IMG/VR virus record: IMGVR_UViG_3300032308_002246
Coordinates: 96,001-160,000 of that record
Direction: 5' to 3' (one strand)
From: a virus
Length of the DNA: 64,000 nt
The position numbers and the translations under genes were made by a program. Shown in pieces: positions 55,618-64,000 of the stretch. How positions within the stretch are numbered: position 1 is the first letter of the stretch; each line of letters starts with the position of its first letter. The notes beneath the pieces were generated by a model, which was not told where the DNA came from, ran no database searches, and saw only the letters and a program-made list of their open reading frames with translations.

Positions 55618-56490
55618 ATGAATCAAGAGCATAAGTTCAACGATGTAGAGCCACATCACCTCGGTGGTGGGGTTGTCGTTTTCCGTGGAGCTATTTCATT
55701 TGATAACAAATGGGCAAGCTCCTTTGCTGAGAAGCAGGTATCCAAAGAACGTTCTCAGATGTACGACGAGGCGGTAGACCCAGAGACGGGGGAGCCCGCA
55801 TTTATAAACAGGAGCGGGTATTACTTTGATGCTGAGGGAATGAACCAGATGCCTCGACGTGGTTCACAAATACACATGGATGCGGATGAAGAAGTTAGAG
55901 GTTTCTTGGATTTTATTGAGAAATCAAAAGACTCATATCTCCTGAAGTACTTTTACCTTTTCCCTCTGGCATACAAAAATGTTTGGTGGAAAGTAAAGGG
56001 GCATCTTGTCTCGTACTCCGTTGAAAACGGCGGAAAGTTTTTGGGCCCACACTCCGACACGAGTGCTGACTATGCTTACGGTTTCCCCCATCCGCACGAC
56101 CAGCTAGCTACTAGAAACACAATCTCATGCATTGTTTATCTAAATGATGATTTTGAGGGCGGACATCACTACTTCAATTATCTTGAAATTGACTATAAGC
56201 CTTCTGCTGGTGACATTTTGATGTTTCCATCAAACTACATGGCAGCTCATGAAGTAAAGGAAACAACGGGTGGAAGTCGATACACATATCTTGGTTGGTA
56301 TTCGCACGGCACGCCAAATAAAGAGGTCAATGAGCATATAGTTGACCCAGTTGAGTTTCCAGAAATGGCAAAAACTGCAACCAATGTTTATATGCCAACG
56401 CTTCGTTATGATTTTGCCGAATACCTTAACAAAGTTGACCCAGGCAAAACATCATTTGGGCACAGTCTGGTAGAAAGTATGCACTCATGA
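55618..56490 (+). CDS. 2OG-Fe(II) dioxygenase (HLGGG subfamily)
   Basis: HHLGGG...WWKVKGH...HSD...YLNDDFEGG...HEV...RYT; true start is ATG 55618. Confidence 0.9.
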   Translation: MNQEHKFNDVEPHHLGGGVVVFRGAISFDNKWASSFAEKQVSKERSQMYDEAVDPETGEPAFINRSGYYFDAEGMNQMPRRGSQIHMDADEEVRGFLDFIEKSKDSYLLKYFYLFPLAYKNVWWKVKGHLVSYSVENGGKFLGPHSDTSADYAYGFPHPHDQLATRNTISCIVYLNDDFEGGHHYFNYLEIDYKPSAGDILMFPSNYMAAHEVKETTGGSRYTYLGWYSHGTPNKEVNEHIVDPVEFPEMAKTATNVYMPTLRYDFAEYLNKVDPGKTSFGHSLVESMHS

Positions 56491-57221
56491 TAGTAAAACA
56501 TCTTGGGAATGGAATAATGCTTTTTGAAGATGTATTAGACACATCCCCCCTTGAGTCGTATCTTGAAAGAATTTTTGCAGAAAATTCAAGCGCTACAAAC
56601 GGAGTCAATATTGACTCATCTCAAAATGACGGTGGATACACCGTACAGGAAGCTCATATTTCAGAATTACCAATTAGGTTTCACGGACTCTCCGGTAGTT
56701 CTGAATTTACAAAAGACGTCACAAAATCAATTGATGATGCGTTGTACAAGTGCTTAGTTGAGTACTGTCGAGTTTTCCCTTTAGCAATTGACTGTATAAA
56801 GTGGAGAACTAGCGGCCAGATTGCATCTTACTCGGTAGGGCAGAACATTGGCCCACATAGCGACTGCGCGCTTCCGTATGATGCCGATGGCAATGTTTTA
56901 AACTCATTCCCTCTTCACAACACTCTTACTGGCTCAATGGTTTTAAGTGAAAATCACGAGGGTGGAGCAATAAAATTTAGACCCTGGGGGATAACTTCAA
57001 ATCCAAAAATTGGCTCAGTTTTGATTTACCCATCATCTTTCATGGGTTGTCATGAAGTTGAGCAAGTAACTTCTGGTGTTAGAAATGTTTATCTGCAGTG
57101 GTTCTGTCAAGGAAAACCAGAGATGCAAATTTTAGAAAATAACAAATTGGACAATCTTGCAACCGACGCAAAAAACTGCGGACAAGGCTATGTTCATGTT
57201 GGAATTATTCAACAGAATTAA
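56487..57221 (+). CDS. 2OG-Fe(II) dioxygenase (HLGGG subfamily)
   Basis: KHLGNG...HSD...EGG...HEV...RNV. Confidence 0.88.
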   Translation: MIVKHLGNGIMLFEDVLDTSPLESYLERIFAENSSATNGVNIDSSQNDGGYTVQEAHISELPIRFHGLSGSSEFTKDVTKSIDDALYKCLVEYCRVFPLAIDCIKWRTSGQIASYSVGQNIGPHSDCALPYDADGNVLNSFPLHNTLTGSMVLSENHEGGAIKFRPWGITSNPKIGSVLIYPSSFMGCHEVEQVTSGVRNVYLQWFCQGKPEMQILENNKLDNLATDAKNCGQGYVHVGIIQQN

Positions 57222-58288
57222 TACAAACTGTTGTGTTCTTTGCCGCGTTGCTCGTTATCGTATACCACCTGAGAATGTGAGTAGGCTTTCTTTAGACCGT
57301 TTTCACCCTCAAGTGTTCTATTTTGGTAAACAGGGTTTGCCTTAAACATCCCGTTTGCGTCTTTTGCCGCATCGCCATTTCCCATGAATTCAGTTTTTAG
57401 GCAGTAATACTTGTAGTCATCGTACAGGTTGTCTATGAAGTGTGGTCTACACCATCCATCGTTGTCTTCAGGTTCAGAAATGTTGATTCCTACGTCGTCA
57501 TGACTGCTTCCTTGACTAAAGAATTCAAGGTACCCATACCGGACACCCTTCTTTACTGGTTCAACACCGTGGGTGGCCATAAAGTTTGCTGGGAAAATAA
57601 CCACATCACCAGTCTTTGGGACATTCTTTATTCCCAAGTAAGGGAATACAAGCTCTCCTCCGGTGTAGTTTTCTCCGTTTAGCTCTGATTCGTCTTCTAC
57701 GCAGTCATTGAGATAGAGCATTACTGCTAGCACTTGGCGCATTTGTATTTGTCCGCGTGGAACAAAACGCTCGCCGTTTGTTGCTCTGTAATTTGAGTCG
57801 TTGTCGTTGTGTATTCCAAGGAAAGCACCCTCGTCGTATCTCATGGCGTGACCCTTTGTGCGCCACCATATTGTTCCCAAAACCATAGGGAATTCATCAA
57901 CATATCTAAGAAGACACTTGTAAATCATGTCTTCCCAGTACCTGAATACCTCAATCATTTCTGGTTTTGTTTCAGAGTTGACCACTTCAAGAAGTCTTAC
58001 TGGGACCATCTGGACTTGTTCTGGCGAAAACTTATTACCGTCTTCATTAATGGCGTATAGATTTCCCTCTTCGTCATGGTCCCATGTCCAGCGCTGTTCA
58101 TGAGCTGATTTTGAATGTTCGTCAATGTACGGAAGAAGCGTACTTCTATCAATGTTTACTACGCCGGGGAACCTGAGTACGCCGCCACCGAGGTCTTCGT
58201 ATGGCATGTTAAAGATTTCAGAGACAGCTTCGTTGTTACGGACATCAGGTGTGGTTCCGTAAAATCTGTTGTCTTTTATCTTTTCCAT
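57218..58288 (-). CDS. 2OG-Fe(II) dioxygenase (HLGGG subfamily)
   Basis: EDLGGG...WWRTKGH...HND...YLND...GGEL...HGV...RYG. Confidence 0.9.
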   Translation of the reverse strand: MEKIKDNRFYGTTPDVRNNEAVSEIFNMPYEDLGGGVLRFPGVVNIDRSTLLPYIDEHSKSAHEQRWTWDHDEEGNLYAINEDGNKFSPEQVQMVPVRLLEVVNSETKPEMIEVFRYWEDMIYKCLLRYVDEFPMVLGTIWWRTKGHAMRYDEGAFLGIHNDNDSNYRATNGERFVPRGQIQMRQVLAVMLYLNDCVEDESELNGENYTGGELVFPYLGIKNVPKTGDVVIFPANFMATHGVEPVKKGVRYGYLEFFSQGSSHDDVGINISEPEDNDGWCRPHFIDNLYDDYKYYCLKTEFMGNGDAAKDANGMFKANPVYQNRTLEGENGLKKAYSHSQVVYDNEQRGKEHNSLY

Positions 58289-58290
58289 AG

Positions 58291-58893
58291 CTACTCTCGC
58301 CAAAATTGAATCAAACTGAATCTAGCACCTGCAGTCACTTCCGTAATTCCATGGTAGTTCAAGTCAGCGTTGAATATAAGTGCTTCTCCAGCTTTGAGTT
58401 TGATGTCTATGTCAATATTGGGGTTCTCCATCGTCCCCGTCAAATAGAACTGCGTGTGGCCGCCTTCGTAATCGTCGTTTAAGCATATAGCCGACGAGTA
58501 GAGAATCCTGCCCATGCCGTAATCGCCATCTCCACCGTCCGTATGAACCTTGTGGGATTGACCAGTAGTTTGGCTTTTAATCGTGAAGCCTGGGTTTGGG
58601 AAAAACGGAACATCCAAGTTTATTCCTGTTTTAAGCATGTACTCGCTGGTTAGTCTTCTGTATACCGCAGAGAGTATTGAAGCAAGCTTAAAGCCCCCAA
58701 CGCTCGAAGAATTGCTCATTAAGTAGGTGGGAAAAATGTTGCGCTCATCACTGGAAGGACTTTTATATTCCAGCGAGTTTACAGAACTCATAATTTTTGA
58801 TAAGAGTCGACCACTTATTAGTTGTCCTAGGTAAATTCCAGAACCATTTGGGCCTATTTCTTTCAACATTTCTACATTATCCGTCTTTACCAC
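58291..58893 (-). CDS. 2OG-Fe(II) dioxygenase
   Basis: HTD...CLNDDYEGG...HGI...RFS; start uncertain (GTG at 58893 overlaps the upstream stop). Confidence 0.88.
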   Translation of the reverse strand: MVKTDNVEMLKEIGPNGSGIYLGQLISGRLLSKIMSSVNSLEYKSPSSDERNIFPTYLMSNSSSVGGFKLASILSAVYRRLTSEYMLKTGINLDVPFFPNPGFTIKSQTTGQSHKVHTDGGDGDYGMGRILYSSAICLNDDYEGGHTQFYLTGTMENPNIDIDIKLKAGEALIFNADLNYHGITEVTAGARFSLIQFWRE

Positions 58894-59114
58894 TTTCCAA
58901 GCGGGCATGTAGCGGCCTGAAGTTTTACTTTCAGTTTCATAAAACAACCACACTCTTTACATTGCTTTGTTAAAGCCAACAAGCTTGGGCATGACTCGCA
59001 AATAGAATATCTACTAGAAGAAACTTCATCTGAAACGTGCTTTGCATTTGGATTCACTGCATCCCAAGGGCGTGTTGTACCAAGTTTTTTCTTGTACTCC
59101 TGCCATGGCGTCAT
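58887..59114 (-). CDS. Small Cys-rich protein (DUF6171-like), paralogue of 35442
   Basis: QEYKKKLGTTRPWD...CESCP...CKECGCFMKLK...CPLGKW. Confidence 0.82.
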   Translation of the reverse strand: MTPWQEYKKKLGTTRPWDAVNPNAKHVSDEVSSSRYSICESCPSLLALTKQCKECGCFMKLKVKLQAATCPLGKW

Positions 59115-59118
59115 TTTT

Positions 59119-59433
59119 TTATTGATTCCTAGCTTCCTCGATTGAATCATTGTACTGTTTATAAGCAACCTGACAAACTGAACGGTAGTTCATTAAAGCT
59201 GAAATGTAAGCCATGACTGGGTCTATTGAGAGTTCTTCAAATTCATCTATTTGTCGAATAAACTCTTCAACATTTTCTTTTAGTTTATTGATAATTTCCG
59301 TTTTCAAAGTTTCCAAAACGCTATTGTCATCTTCCAAAAAACCAAATATGCGAATAGCTTCCTGTTGGGCGAGAGGAATCATCTCGTCGTTTTCTTCAAA
59401 AAAAACACCCTGTGATGTATGTACGATTCTCAT
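59119..59433 (-). CDS. Hypothetical protein
   Basis: AGGAG SD; 104 aa. Confidence 0.65.
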   Translation of the reverse strand: MRIVHTSQGVFFEENDEMIPLAQQEAIRIFGFLEDDNSVLETLKTEIINKLKENVEEFIRQIDEFEELSIDPVMAYISALMNYRSVCQVAYKQYNDSIEEARNQ

Positions 59434-59447
59434 GCTTTTCTCCTAAT

Positions 59448-59762
59448 TTATTGTTGCGATTTTGCAATTTTGTATTTGGTGTAGTTGTTGTTTACAGAAT
59501 ACGAATAGGCTGTCAATGCTTTAATGTACACGTCAAGATTGCTCATATCAAGATTTCCGTGTTTATGAAATTCTTGTGCAGTTTTATTGGCAGAATCAGC
59601 AAAACCGACAGCAAGCTCATTTATTAATTCGCTAACGAACCATGGAAATTCATCAAAGATAGGAAATAATTTTTTATCTTCCGAAACATATATGTATTCA
59701 TCACCGTATTTTATTAATACTGCAGTTGAAGTATGTACGACCGAAGGTTTTTTAGCGTTCAT
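59448..59762 (-). CDS. Hypothetical protein
   Basis: MNAKK start overlaps the upstream gene; similar size and layout to 59119. Confidence 0.6.
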   Translation of the reverse strand: MNAKKPSVVHTSTAVLIKYGDEYIYVSEDKKLFPIFDEFPWFVSELINELAVGFADSANKTAQEFHKHGNLDMSNLDVYIKALTAYSYSVNNNYTKYKIAKSQQ

Positions 59763-59919
59763 TTTCTTTGCCCCATTTGCCAATAGGGCATTCAGCTGAT
59801 TTTACATGTGTTTTTATTCTCATAAAACAACCGCACTCTTTGCATGTATATGTTCTCTTAAAGAGTCTTGGACACTGAGAACATATATCGAGTCTTTTTT
59901 TGGCGTAATCTATTTCCAT
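59752..59919 (-). CDS. 55-aa Cys-rich protein (DUF6171-like; not in ORF track)
   Basis: Manual translation: MEIDYAKKRLDICSQCPRLFKRTYTCKECGCFMRIKTHVKSAECPIGKWGKENER*. Confidence 0.82.
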   Translation of the reverse strand: MEIDYAKKRLDICSQCPRLFKRTYTCKECGCFMRIKTHVKSAECPIGKWGKENER

Positions 59920-59931
59920 AAGCAATGATTA

Positions 59932-60879
59932 CTATAGCGGCTGATAGTCGAAATCGTCAACAGTCGAGGCCTGGGTCCCATTTGTAACCGGGTAAAGCGT
60001 TATTCCGTATGCTTTTGCTTTTGCCGCCGTTGCGAGACTTACATCGTGGGTTGTCGCTGCATCACCGTTTAGAACTGATTGAATTCGCACGGTCTCTGAA
60101 GATGGTGTATCTGTACTCACTTGAACATAATCGAAGTATCTAGAAGAGCTTGTAGTGTCTGCTTTGCTTGTGCTATTTACAACCGTAACAGTTCCGCCAC
60201 TTGATTTAATTGTTCTAATCCAATATCTGTAGTATGTAGTTGTTCCGGAAACAGTGTAAGAGTATGAACCAACACCTACCTGCGTATTATTTTCACATTG
60301 ACAGGCAAGGCCATTGTTAACAAAATAACACCCACCACCGCATACATTTGCACATCCACCTCCAGTGGATTGACCATTACATGATGGGTCAGGTCCACAT
60401 GAGCCGCATGGGCTGGAGCATGGCTGATAAAAAGCGCACGGTCCACTTCCCCCAGTACATGCATTGTTTGAGCATGTGCAAGTTGGGTATCCTGAACAAA
60501 CCGAATAACCACCAGGGCAACCATTGCAGGCATATTCAGTATAGCTATATGGGACTCCATATGTGTCTCTATCAGTTACCGCGGCATACCAATTATTTGA
60601 GTTTTCAACCCAAAATGCAGCACCCCAGCCAAATTGGCCTGTTGTTCCGTATCCTATGCGCGTTCTTGCATACGTAACACCAGTTTTAATGGAGGCCAAA
60701 GGATATGAAGACGCTGCAGTAGCTGTTGATGCCCTGTTGCTTGATACACCCCATGTGCCTCGAGTATTTTGCCAAGACTTTGTGCCTGTCCCTACAAGCG
60801 TACTTCCGCTGTCTGTTCTATTGAAATTATCAATAAAAGCTTTTAATTTTGTAACAATAGATACAATTCCAGGAATCAT
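59932..60879 (-). CDS. Virion-type beta-sandwich protein with a 16-Cys insert (cassette 3)
   Basis: Starts MIPG via ATGA overlap; DNFNRTDS...DDF lectin-like frame; Cys/Gly/Pro-rich insert at 60295-60528. Confidence 0.8.
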   Translation of the reverse strand: MIPGIVSIVTKLKAFIDNFNRTDSGSTLVGTGTKSWQNTRGTWGVSSNRASTATAASSYPLASIKTGVTYARTRIGYGTTGQFGWGAAFWVENSNNWYAAVTDRDTYGVPYSYTEYACNGCPGGYSVCSGYPTCTCSNNACTGGSGPCAFYQPCSSPCGSCGPDPSCNGQSTGGGCANVCGGGCYFVNNGLACQCENNTQVGVGSYSYTVSGTTTYYRYWIRTIKSSGGTVTVVNSTSKADTTSSSRYFDYVQVSTDTPSSETVRIQSVLNGDAATTHDVSLATAAKAKAYGITLYPVTNGTQASTVDDFDYQPL

Positions 60880-62069
60880 GTTGTAAGGTTCCCTACCGCC
60901 ACCCATGTATTTGTTGCTCGCTTAATCAATGTAGCACAAGCCCATTGACCCTGAAGTTTTAGACCAGAATCATAAGCATTTATGGTTACGCCACTTCCCT
61001 GCAGTGTTACCAAATATGTGCCGGTTGTTTGAAGAACATCGACTCTGTCGCCAATAGCAAAGTTGGCGTCATTTGCCGATGTTATTGTGACAGTAACATT
61101 TGCTGATGTCGGGCCAACTTCAATAAGTTTTCCGAGGTCGGCAACAAGTATGTTGTAATTATTCGATGTTAGAGTTACCGCTGTTCCAGCACCAGTTGAC
61201 CTAAAACCAGCGCGCGCCGCTCCAGCAGCAAGGTCTGTTGTGGAAACAGAGTTTGCTAAGTTTAATTTTGAATACGAAATTGATGCTGACGCACTAATAT
61301 CGGAATCAACAATAACACTGGCTGAAATCGCTGTAACACCAGTGTCTGAAATTGTTACATCTCCAGACTCCGCAACGGCAGTCGGAACGCCAGAAGAGTT
61401 GTAGACAATAATGTTTCCAGCAGTGCTTGTTGCCAATTTTGACAAAGCAATAGACGCAGATGCGCTTATGTCTTCGTTGACAATAGTTCCATTTACTATA
61501 TTTGCTGATGCAATAGTTATTGCGGTTGGGAGTGCCCCTGTAGCAAGTTTTGACAAATCAATAGACGCAGAAGCATTTATATCAGCATTGACAATTGTTC
61601 CGTCAAGAATTTTATCACTTGTAACTGAACCAGTTGCAAGTTTTGCTTCTGTTATAGCGCCGTCTTCAACTTCAGCTGTTTGAACTTCTCCTGAACCACC
61701 GGTTATGACCCAATCATCGCTTGTTCTTTTAATTAAGGTTACTCTTGTCCATTGAGATGAGATTGTCGTTAGACCGCCCTCGGCTGCAACTGTTACGCCT
61801 GGTGCACCAGCAATACTCAATGAACCTGTAGAAACGAGAAGAACATCAACCCTGTCTCCAATTTCAAAAGTAACAGCGGCGTTGGTCGGTATTGTCAGAG
61901 TAATTGACCCAGAGTTTGAGAACTCCAAAAGCTTTCCTCTGTCGGTAGCTACAAGTGTGTAGCTTGTTCCAGTCTGGACATTTTTTGTAAAATTAAAATC
62001 GCTTGCCTGGAGCGTATTCATCTGTGAGGCCGTTAGTGTCTGGCCAGCTGCAAACGTCTGAATTGTCAT
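60876..62069 (-). CDS. Fibre protein with two cap domains (cassette 3)
   Basis: YTLVATDRGKLL...WVITG and ADLGKLI...WVAVGNLTT flank IVNADI repeats; GAGG SD. Confidence 0.8.
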   Translation of the reverse strand: MTIQTFAAGQTLTASQMNTLQASDFNFTKNVQTGTSYTLVATDRGKLLEFSNSGSITLTIPTNAAVTFEIGDRVDVLLVSTGSLSIAGAPGVTVAAEGGLTTISSQWTRVTLIKRTSDDWVITGGSGEVQTAEVEDGAITEAKLATGSVTSDKILDGTIVNADINASASIDLSKLATGALPTAITIASANIVNGTIVNEDISASASIALSKLATSTAGNIIVYNSSGVPTAVAESGDVTISDTGVTAISASVIVDSDISASASISYSKLNLANSVSTTDLAAGAARAGFRSTGAGTAVTLTSNNYNILVADLGKLIEVGPTSANVTVTITSANDANFAIGDRVDVLQTTGTYLVTLQGSGVTINAYDSGLKLQGQWACATLIKRATNTWVAVGNLTT

Positions 62070-62275
62070 TTTTTTCCTCTGTCAAGAGTTGCGATAGTGC
62101 AAAAGATTTCTTGGCTTGACTTACATATTAACACTGTAACCAATTTTTATAGATAGAAAGAAAAATGCATCTCTGTAAATTGGCGTGCTTGCTACCATTT
62201 TACTATGTTTTGCATATTTTTTGTAGCTACTAAAAAATGCTAGAATTGGAGGCATTTTTTCACCCTGGAGGATAG

Positions 62276-64000
62276 ATGTTTGGTCAGCGACGACGCATAA
62301 ACAAGCCCGCAGCCATCATGGCTGTTCCATCTGTATTTTTTTTGCTTATTGGAATTTTTGGTTTTTCTGCCCCGGTGCAAGCAACATTTACCACAAATAC
62401 ACAAATATCCAATGGACAAGCATTCCTTCAGGGAGAATTTGCTGAAGTAGGCGTACGAGCGAACGGCGCATTTGGCTCAACAAGTGTTCCTTCTGGCTTT
62501 CATGCCAACCCACCAAACTGTCTTGGTTTCCGTGTTGACCGTGAAATGGACGGATGGGGAGCCACAACAGACGACGGCGACTACTTCTGTCCAGGCTCAC
62601 CGTTTGAGGGCTGGCAAATGAAGGTTGCTGGGAGTATTGGCAAAAACGACCACGGTCAAACAGGTATTGCAGGTGCAGTTTCTGACATCCAAGACTCTGG
62701 CTCATCTCAGTGCGTTTCTTGGAACAGCGCAAGCCCATACAACGGTGTGAGCGTCTCGCAAAGATACTGCGTGCCTACAGCAGGGCAAGCACTTCATACG
62801 GATGTGACTCTCACCAACACGACTGGCTCTGCAATAGAAAATGTTTTTTTCGGTCGAGGCTTTGACCCAGACAACGCAACTGGTTCTGGCGCTATGACTT
62901 GTGCTGGTGGAACTGTTAGTACATCAATGTTCCAGTCCTGCAACGGCGTAACTGGCCAGGGAACGGAAGCACAGGCTACAGCAAGGTGGGGAAATAACGC
63001 ATTTATTGCACTTCAATCATTTGATGCTCGTGCTCGTGTTGCCCGACAAGCTGGTGGATTTTCTTCCCCAGACCCTGCTGATATTTGGAACGCTGGAAAC
63101 ACACTTGCAACTAGCGGAACATACCTCGGCAATGTTGGTGAAATGTATGCAGACGCTGGAATATACGTTGCCTTGAATGTGCCAACACTTGGTGCTGGCT
63201 CTTCAACATCGTTCCGCATTAGCTATGTGCTTTCAGCAGATGGGAACAATGCTCCAGTTCTTGGCTCACCGGTTGTGAGTGGCATTGGCCAGACATCTGC
63301 AACTGTTGCCTCAACAGTCAACCCAAAGGGTTTTTCTACTACAGCAGAATTGGTCTACTCAACTGACCCAGATTTTGGAACTTCTAGCACAGTGTCAATG
63401 GGAACTTTTAGTGGCTCAGATGAAGTAGCTATTAATGCAGAGATTACTGGTCTTGACCCAAGCGAAATCTACTATGCAAAGATTGTTGCAACCAACGAGA
63501 CTGGTGAAACAGAATCTGCAGTATTTGAATTTGAGACCCTTGCGGCTACTGCCCCAATAGTCTCTTCCGAAGAGCCAACGGTAACTGTTGATGACGGCCC
63601 TGTAACCCTATCTGGAACCTTGAACCCCAATGGATTTAGTTCTACAGCTGTATTTCAATACAGCACGACGGCTGACTTCTCTGGAACTGTCGTTGACATT
63701 CCGGTCTCTGGAACTTTTACTGGGACATCTCTTTCAACTGTATCGACTGTAGTTTCTGGTTTGACTAGCTCGACCACTTATTACTTCAGACTAAAAGTAA
63801 CCAATGCTTCAGGTTCGGCGTATGGTTCAACTATTTCTTTTGTTCCTGCCGACATCCCTGCACCAACATCGTTGGTTGTGACAAGACTTGAAGATACGAC
63901 TGCTAATGGGACTCTGCGTTGGGCAATAACGCAAGCAAACGCTACTGCTGGAGGTATATACGACTCAATCACATTTAGTATTGATGGGACAATATCTCTT
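62276..64000 (+). CDS. Secreted / surface protein with signal peptide and FN3-like domains (runs off the right edge; not in ORF track)
   Basis: GGAGG SD; MFGQRRRINK + hydrophobic core + PVQA cleavage site; open for 575 codons; ITGLDPSEIYY and VSGLTSSTTYYFRL FN3 motifs; GTLRWAITQAN motif. Confidence 0.8.
   Translation, partial: MFGQRRRINKPAAIMAVPSVFFLLIGIFGFSAPVQATFTTNTQISNGQAFLQGEFAEVGVRANGAFGSTSVPSGFHANPPNCLGFRVDREMDGWGATTDDGDYFCPGSPFEGWQMKVAGSIGKNDHGQTGIAGAVSDIQDSGSSQCVSWNSASPYNGVSVSQRYCVPTAGQALHTDVTLTNTTGSAIENVFFGRGFDPDNATGSGAMTCAGGTVSTSMFQSCNGVTGQGTEAQATARWGNNAFIALQSFDARARVARQAGGFSSPDPADIWNAGNTLATSGTYLGNVGEMYADAGIYVALNVPTLGAGSSTSFRISYVLSADGNNAPVLGSPVVSGIGQTSATVASTVNPKGFSTTAELVYSTDPDFGTSSTVSMGTFSGSDEVAINAEITGLDPSEIYYAKIVATNETGETESAVFEFETLAATAPIVSSEEPTVTVDDGPVTLSGTLNPNGFSSTAVFQYSTTADFSGTVVDIPVSGTFTGTSLSTVSTVVSGLTSSTTYYFRLKVTNASGSAYGSTISFVPADIPAPTSLVVTRLEDTTANGTLRWAITQANATAGGIYDSITFSIDGTISL

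Overview
This 64-kb window is a segment of a large dsDNA tailed phage with a contractile tail (myovirus-type). A moderate-GC actinobacterial host is likely, inferred from repeated leaderless TANNNT-N6/7-start promoters and a motif complementary to the ...CCUUUCU 16S 3' end. Left to right it holds: an HK97-like portal (minus strand, runs off the left edge) divergent from the large terminase; Sak/Rad52, RecB-like, HNH and RuvC recombination genes; a 340-bp intergenic region with two putative structured RNAs; a ParB / PAPS-reductase / ParB (IbrAB-like) module; neck, sheath, tube, frameshifted chaperone, tape measure and baseplate genes; a 1111-aa repeat protein; and several tail-fibre genes. The most notable structure is a cassette present three times: a fibre protein ending in a conserved ~90-aa cap domain, then a closely linked partner carrying a Pro-rich and/or Cys-rich low-complexity segment (extensin-like SPPPP, (PP[F/Y]F)15, or a 16-Cys loop), then modifying enzymes. 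Those enzymes total 12 2OG-Fe(II) dioxygenases, 3 glutathione-peroxidase-like proteins, a GNAT, a methyltransferase-like protein and 3 small CxxC/CxxCGC proteins. This suggests a phage-encoded system that post-translationally modifies its own fibre tips. A second candidate novelty is a small structured RNA with 17 nt of uninterrupted complementarity to the 16S rRNA 3' end and no start codon behind it. All family calls come from motif recognition by eye; no database searches were run.
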